Origin: an uncultured bacterium
GTDB lineage: Bacteria; Margulisbacteria; WOR-1; O2-12-FULL-45-9
Length of the DNA: 64,000 nt
NCBI GenBank assembly: GCA_964568455.1
Contig: CAZMPJ010000009.1
Coordinates: 306 to 64,305 of the forward strand
Direction: 5' to 3'
In this document: positions 60,798 to 64,000 of the stretch, piece after piece
How the letters are laid out: every line of letters begins with the position of its first letter
Position numbering within the stretch: position 1 is the stretch's first letter
Notes under the pieces: model-generated
Seen by the model: only the letters and a program-made list of their open reading frames with translations
Told to the model about the DNA's origin: nothing
Database searches by the model: none
Translations under genes and position numbers: made by a program

Positions 60798-61993
60798 TGA
60801 TAAAAAAGGTAGTTCTAGCTTATTCTGGCGGTCTTGATACCTCGGTTATGATCCCCTGGCTAAAAGAAAATTATAATTGCGAAGTAATTGCTTTTGCGGC
60901 TGACGTTGGCCAAGAAGAAGAATTAAAAGGCCTGCGTGGTAAAGCTTTAAAAACCGGAGCGTCAAAAATCTATGTTGAAGATTTAACCAAAGAATTTGCC
61001 GAAGATTTTCTCTGGCCCATGCTTAAATCTGGCGCGATTTATGAAGGTAATTATCTATTGGGAACCTCGATTGCTCGTCCTTTAATTGCTAAAAAACAAG
61101 TAGAAATCGCTAAACGAGAAAAAGCTGATGCAGTTGCCCATGGTGCCACTGGCAAAGGCAATGATCAAGTTCGATTTGAGTTAACTTTTAAAGCTTTGGC
61201 GCCTGAACTAAAAATTGTAGCTCCTTGGCGGGAGTGGGATATTAAGGGGCGGATTGAAGCAATGGAATATGCGAAAGAGCGAAAAATTCCAGTTCCAGTT
61301 ACAGTGGAAAAACCTTATTCATCTGACCGTAACCTTTGGCACATTAGTTATGAGGGTGGCATACTTGAAGATCCTTGGTTTGAACCTAAAGAAGAGATGT
61401 TTATCTTAACCAAATCACCAGATAAAGCTTCTAGCCGGCCAACTTATGTTGAAATTGAATTTGAAAAAGGCATTCCTAAAAAGTTAAATGGTAAAAAACT
61501 GGACGCAGTTAAATTAATTAAAAAATTAAATGCTCTTGGCGGTAAAAATGGAGTAGGCCGAGTGGATGTGGTAGAAAATCGCTTAGTAGGAATTAAATCC
61601 CGAGGGGTTTATGAAACTCCGGGCGGAACTATTCTTTATAAAGCGCATCAAGCACTTGAAACCATAACGCTTGATCGTGATGTCATGCACTATAAGCAGT
61701 TAATCTCTCAGAAATACGCAGAATTAATTTATAATGGCCAATGGTTTACTCCTTTGCGCGAAGCTTTGGATAAATTCATTGATAAAGTAGCGGAAAACGT
61801 TAGCGGAGTTGTGCGTTTAAAACTTTATAAGGGCAATTGCACTGTGGTAGGCCGAAAAGCGCCTAAATCACTTTATCGACCTGATTTAGCTACATTTGAA
61901 AGCGAAGAAATTTATAATCAAAAAGACGCCGAAGGGTTTATTAACCTTTTTGGTTTGCCAATTAAAGTTGAGGCCCAATTAAGGAGGAAATAG
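60797..61993 (+). CDS. argG: Argininosuccinate synthase
   Basis: 'AYSGGLDTS' PP-loop motif; canonical ArgG core; 398 aa. Confidence 0.95.
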   Translation: MIKKVVLAYSGGLDTSVMIPWLKENYNCEVIAFAADVGQEEELKGLRGKALKTGASKIYVEDLTKEFAEDFLWPMLKSGAIYEGNYLLGTSIARPLIAKKQVEIAKREKADAVAHGATGKGNDQVRFELTFKALAPELKIVAPWREWDIKGRIEAMEYAKERKIPVPVTVEKPYSSDRNLWHISYEGGILEDPWFEPKEEMFILTKSPDKASSRPTYVEIEFEKGIPKKLNGKKLDAVKLIKKLNALGGKNGVGRVDVVENRLVGIKSRGVYETPGGTILYKAHQALETITLDRDVMHYKQLISQKYAELIYNGQWFTPLREALDKFIDKVAENVSGVVRLKLYKGNCTVVGRKAPKSLYRPDLATFESEEIYNQKDAEGFINLFGLPIKVEAQLRRK

Positions 61994-62041
61994 TTAATGG
62001 CGAAGAAGAAAAAGAAAGCTAAGACCAAGAAAGCGCGTAAG

Positions 62042-63427
62042 ATGAAAAAAGCATGGGCCGGCAGGTTTCGCGAGCCTATGGCAAAATCAGCTGAAGCATT
62101 TTCCAGTTCAGTGCATTATGATGTTCGTCTTTATAAACAGGATATTGTCCAGAGCATGGCTTACGCCCAAATTCTGGTTAAAGCTAATATTTTAACTGCT
62201 AAAGAAGCTAAAAAAATCATTAAAGCCTTAGAAGCTATTTTGGTTGGTATTGAAAAGGGCAAAATTAAATTAAAACCAGAACTTGAAGACGTCCATATGA
62301 ATGTTGAATCATTATTAATTGAAAAAGTGGGGGATATGGGGAAGAAGTTACATACTGGCCGTTCTCGCAATGACCAGATTTCAACTGATCTGCGCATGTA
62401 TTTAAAATATGAAACCACTGAAATATTGCTTTTAATCAGGAAACTACAAGATACCCTGCTTGATTTAGCGGAAAATAATATCGAAATAATTATGCCTGGC
62501 TATACCCATCTACAAAGGGCTCAACCCATACTTTTTTCTCATCATATGATGGCTTATATTGAAATGCTGGAAAGGGATAAAACGCGGCTTTTAAATGTGG
62601 CTGAAGAAGTAGATGTATTGCCGCTTGGTTCCGCGGCTCTGGCAGGATCCAATATAAAGCTTGACCGGCAAGCCTTGGCTGACGAACTGGGTTTTTCTAA
62701 AATATCCAACAACAGCATGGATGCTGTTTCTGATCGTGATTTTGTGATTGATTTTAATTCTGCCTGTGCGGTCTTGATGATGCATTTATCCAGGTTTTGC
62801 GAAGAGTTAGTGATTTGGTCAACTTATGAATTTAGCTTTATTGAGCTTTCCGATAAATATAGTACTGGCTCATCCATTATGCCGCAAAAAAAGAATCCTG
62901 ATATTGCTGAACTTATTCGAGGTAAAACCGGTCGGGTTTACGGCAATTTAATGGCCTTGTTAACCATTATGAAGGGGACGCCTTTAACCTATAACCGTGA
63001 TATGCAGGAAGATAAGGAAGCAATTTTTGACAGTGTTGATACCGTAAGATCAGTGCTGTCAATTTTTGAAGAAATGATAGCTACTGTCAAAATTAATGGT
63101 GAACAAATGGAAAAAGACGCTAAAAAAGGCTTTTTAACTGCTACAGATTTAGCTTACTATTTAGTTGGCAGGGGAGTTGCTTTCCGAGAAGCCCATGCTA
63201 TTGTGGGCGAAGTTGTGGCTTATTGCGAAGATTCTAATATGCAGATTGAATATCTTTCTTTAAAGCAGCTTAAACAATTTTCAAGCGCATTTACTTATGA
63301 TGTTACTCGTATCCTTTCTTCCGAAAGTTCAGTCCAAAGCAAAGATTTATTAGGCGGCACATCGCCAAAAAGAGTAAAGGAAGCAATTAAGCGTGCTCGA
63401 AAACACTTACTTCATGATAAAGCCTGA
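62042..63427 (+). CDS. argH: Argininosuccinate lyase
   Basis: 'WAGRF' N-terminus and fumarate-lyase signature 'GSSIMPQKKNPD'. The Lys-rich 5' extension in the ORF track (61997) is probably not translated. Confidence 0.9.
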   Translation: MKKAWAGRFREPMAKSAEAFSSSVHYDVRLYKQDIVQSMAYAQILVKANILTAKEAKKIIKALEAILVGIEKGKIKLKPELEDVHMNVESLLIEKVGDMGKKLHTGRSRNDQISTDLRMYLKYETTEILLLIRKLQDTLLDLAENNIEIIMPGYTHLQRAQPILFSHHMMAYIEMLERDKTRLLNVAEEVDVLPLGSAALAGSNIKLDRQALADELGFSKISNNSMDAVSDRDFVIDFNSACAVLMMHLSRFCEELVIWSTYEFSFIELSDKYSTGSSIMPQKKNPDIAELIRGKTGRVYGNLMALLTIMKGTPLTYNRDMQEDKEAIFDSVDTVRSVLSIFEEMIATVKINGEQMEKDAKKGFLTATDLAYYLVGRGVAFREAHAIVGEVVAYCEDSNMQIEYLSLKQLKQFSSAFTYDVTRILSSESSVQSKDLLGGTSPKRVKEAIKRARKHLLHDKA

Positions 63428-63821
63428 CGGGGTTGCCCGTGGGTTAGATCAAGAAATCATTAAAAGAGTTGAAACAGCCGGTTTAAAAATAGTAGAGAAG
63501 AAAAAACTGGAAATTACTAAAGAACTGGCGGAAGATATCTATTCTCCACACAAAGGTAAACCATTTTATAATGGCCTTTTAAAATTTATCACTTCCGGAC
63601 CAGTGATTGCTACAGTAGTTCAAGGAGACAATGCTATTCAAAGACTGCGAGATCTTATGGGTGCTACTGATCCAGAAGAGGCGGCGCCAGGCACGATTCG
63701 CGGAGATTTAAAAGAAGAAAACATTCGTACTGCCGAGGGCACGATTAAAAATCTGGTGCATGGTTCAGATAGTTTGGAATCCGCAAAAAGAGAATCCAAG
63801 ATATTTTTTAAGGGGGTTTGA
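63393..63821 (+). CDS. ndk: Nucleoside diphosphate kinase
   Basis: 'TYFMIKPDGV' start and 'NLVHGSDS' active-site His motif; 142 aa. Confidence 0.9.
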   Translation: MLENTYFMIKPDGVARGLDQEIIKRVETAGLKIVEKKKLEITKELAEDIYSPHKGKPFYNGLLKFITSGPVIATVVQGDNAIQRLRDLMGATDPEEAAPGTIRGDLKEENIRTAEGTIKNLVHGSDSLESAKRESKIFFKGV

Positions 63822-63822
63822 A

Positions 63823-64000
63823 ATGAAAATCAAAGTTAAAAAAGCCTCGATTATTGATATTAAATGTGATCTTTTGACCGTTAATATTTTCGAGGGAGTA
63901 GAAACTCCCGGTGGGGCCACGGCTGCTGTTAATAAGAAGTTAAACAATGCTATTACCGATTTAATTAAAAGTGGAGAAATTACCGGAAAACTAGAAGAAG
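63823..64000 (+). CDS. pepA: Probable leucyl aminopeptidase, N-terminal portion (truncated by window end)
   Basis: 'MKIKVKKASIIDIKCDLLTVNIFEG' resembles the PepA N-terminal domain start. RBS AGGGGG upstream. Partial. Confidence 0.45.
   Translation, partial: MKIKVKKASIIDIKCDLLTVNIFEGVETPGGATAAVNKKLNNAITDLIKSGEITGKLEE

Noticed and set aside
61997-62041. Lys-rich 'MAKKKKKAKTKKARKMKK' N-terminal extension on argH
   Set aside because: It is absent from ArgH family proteins, which begin near 'WGGRF'. It is probably an untranslated A-rich spacer or RBS region; start moved to 62042.

Overview
Low-GC bacterial chromosome segment, possibly from an Omnitrophota-like diderm lineage (weak inference). 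About 0-24 kb and 59.8-64 kb are ordinary, gene-dense housekeeping DNA. Left block: mazG (partial), ftsH, a formimidoyltransferase, valS, ymdB, rny, recA, cinA/pncC, pgsA, rimO, a pseudouridine synthase, lysC, plsY, two tRNA-Pro, an M23 peptidase, bactofilin, rsmI, a TonB-dependent receptor with tonB, queA and tgt. Right block: argF, argG, argH, ndk and the start of pepA. Between tgt and argF (about 24.0-59.8 kb) lies an accessory island with no recognisable recombinase, integrase or structural phage gene. The island contains: an EndoQ-like PHP nuclease; an AbiEi/AbiEii toxin-antitoxin pair; a duplicated 3' fragment of the EndoQ-like gene; a perfect 41-bp repeat at the 3' ends of two minus-strand genes, which resembles the EndoQ-like gene terminus; a degraded paralog of a 959-aa coiled-coil protein; two AAA+ ATPases of the DUF4143 type; one uninterrupted 16.2-kb ORF encoding 5,408 aa; and a 1,741-aa protein. 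The 5,408-aa protein has an acidic N-terminus, at least nine ~100-aa helical repeats, a SecA-like SF2 ATPase motor, a Gly/Ala-rich hydrophobic membrane-like region and a Cys-rich C-terminus. The 1,741-aa protein has two tandem degenerate GGDEF-like domains and a Gly-rich hydrophobic segment. The island looks like cassettes added one after another at the 3' end of the EndoQ-like gene. The giant-protein module is the best candidate for an undescribed system. Outside the island, a ~90-bp palindromic repeat occurs twice in inverted orientation, flanking the plsY-to-rsmI block, and a partial in-frame copy sits inside rimO.
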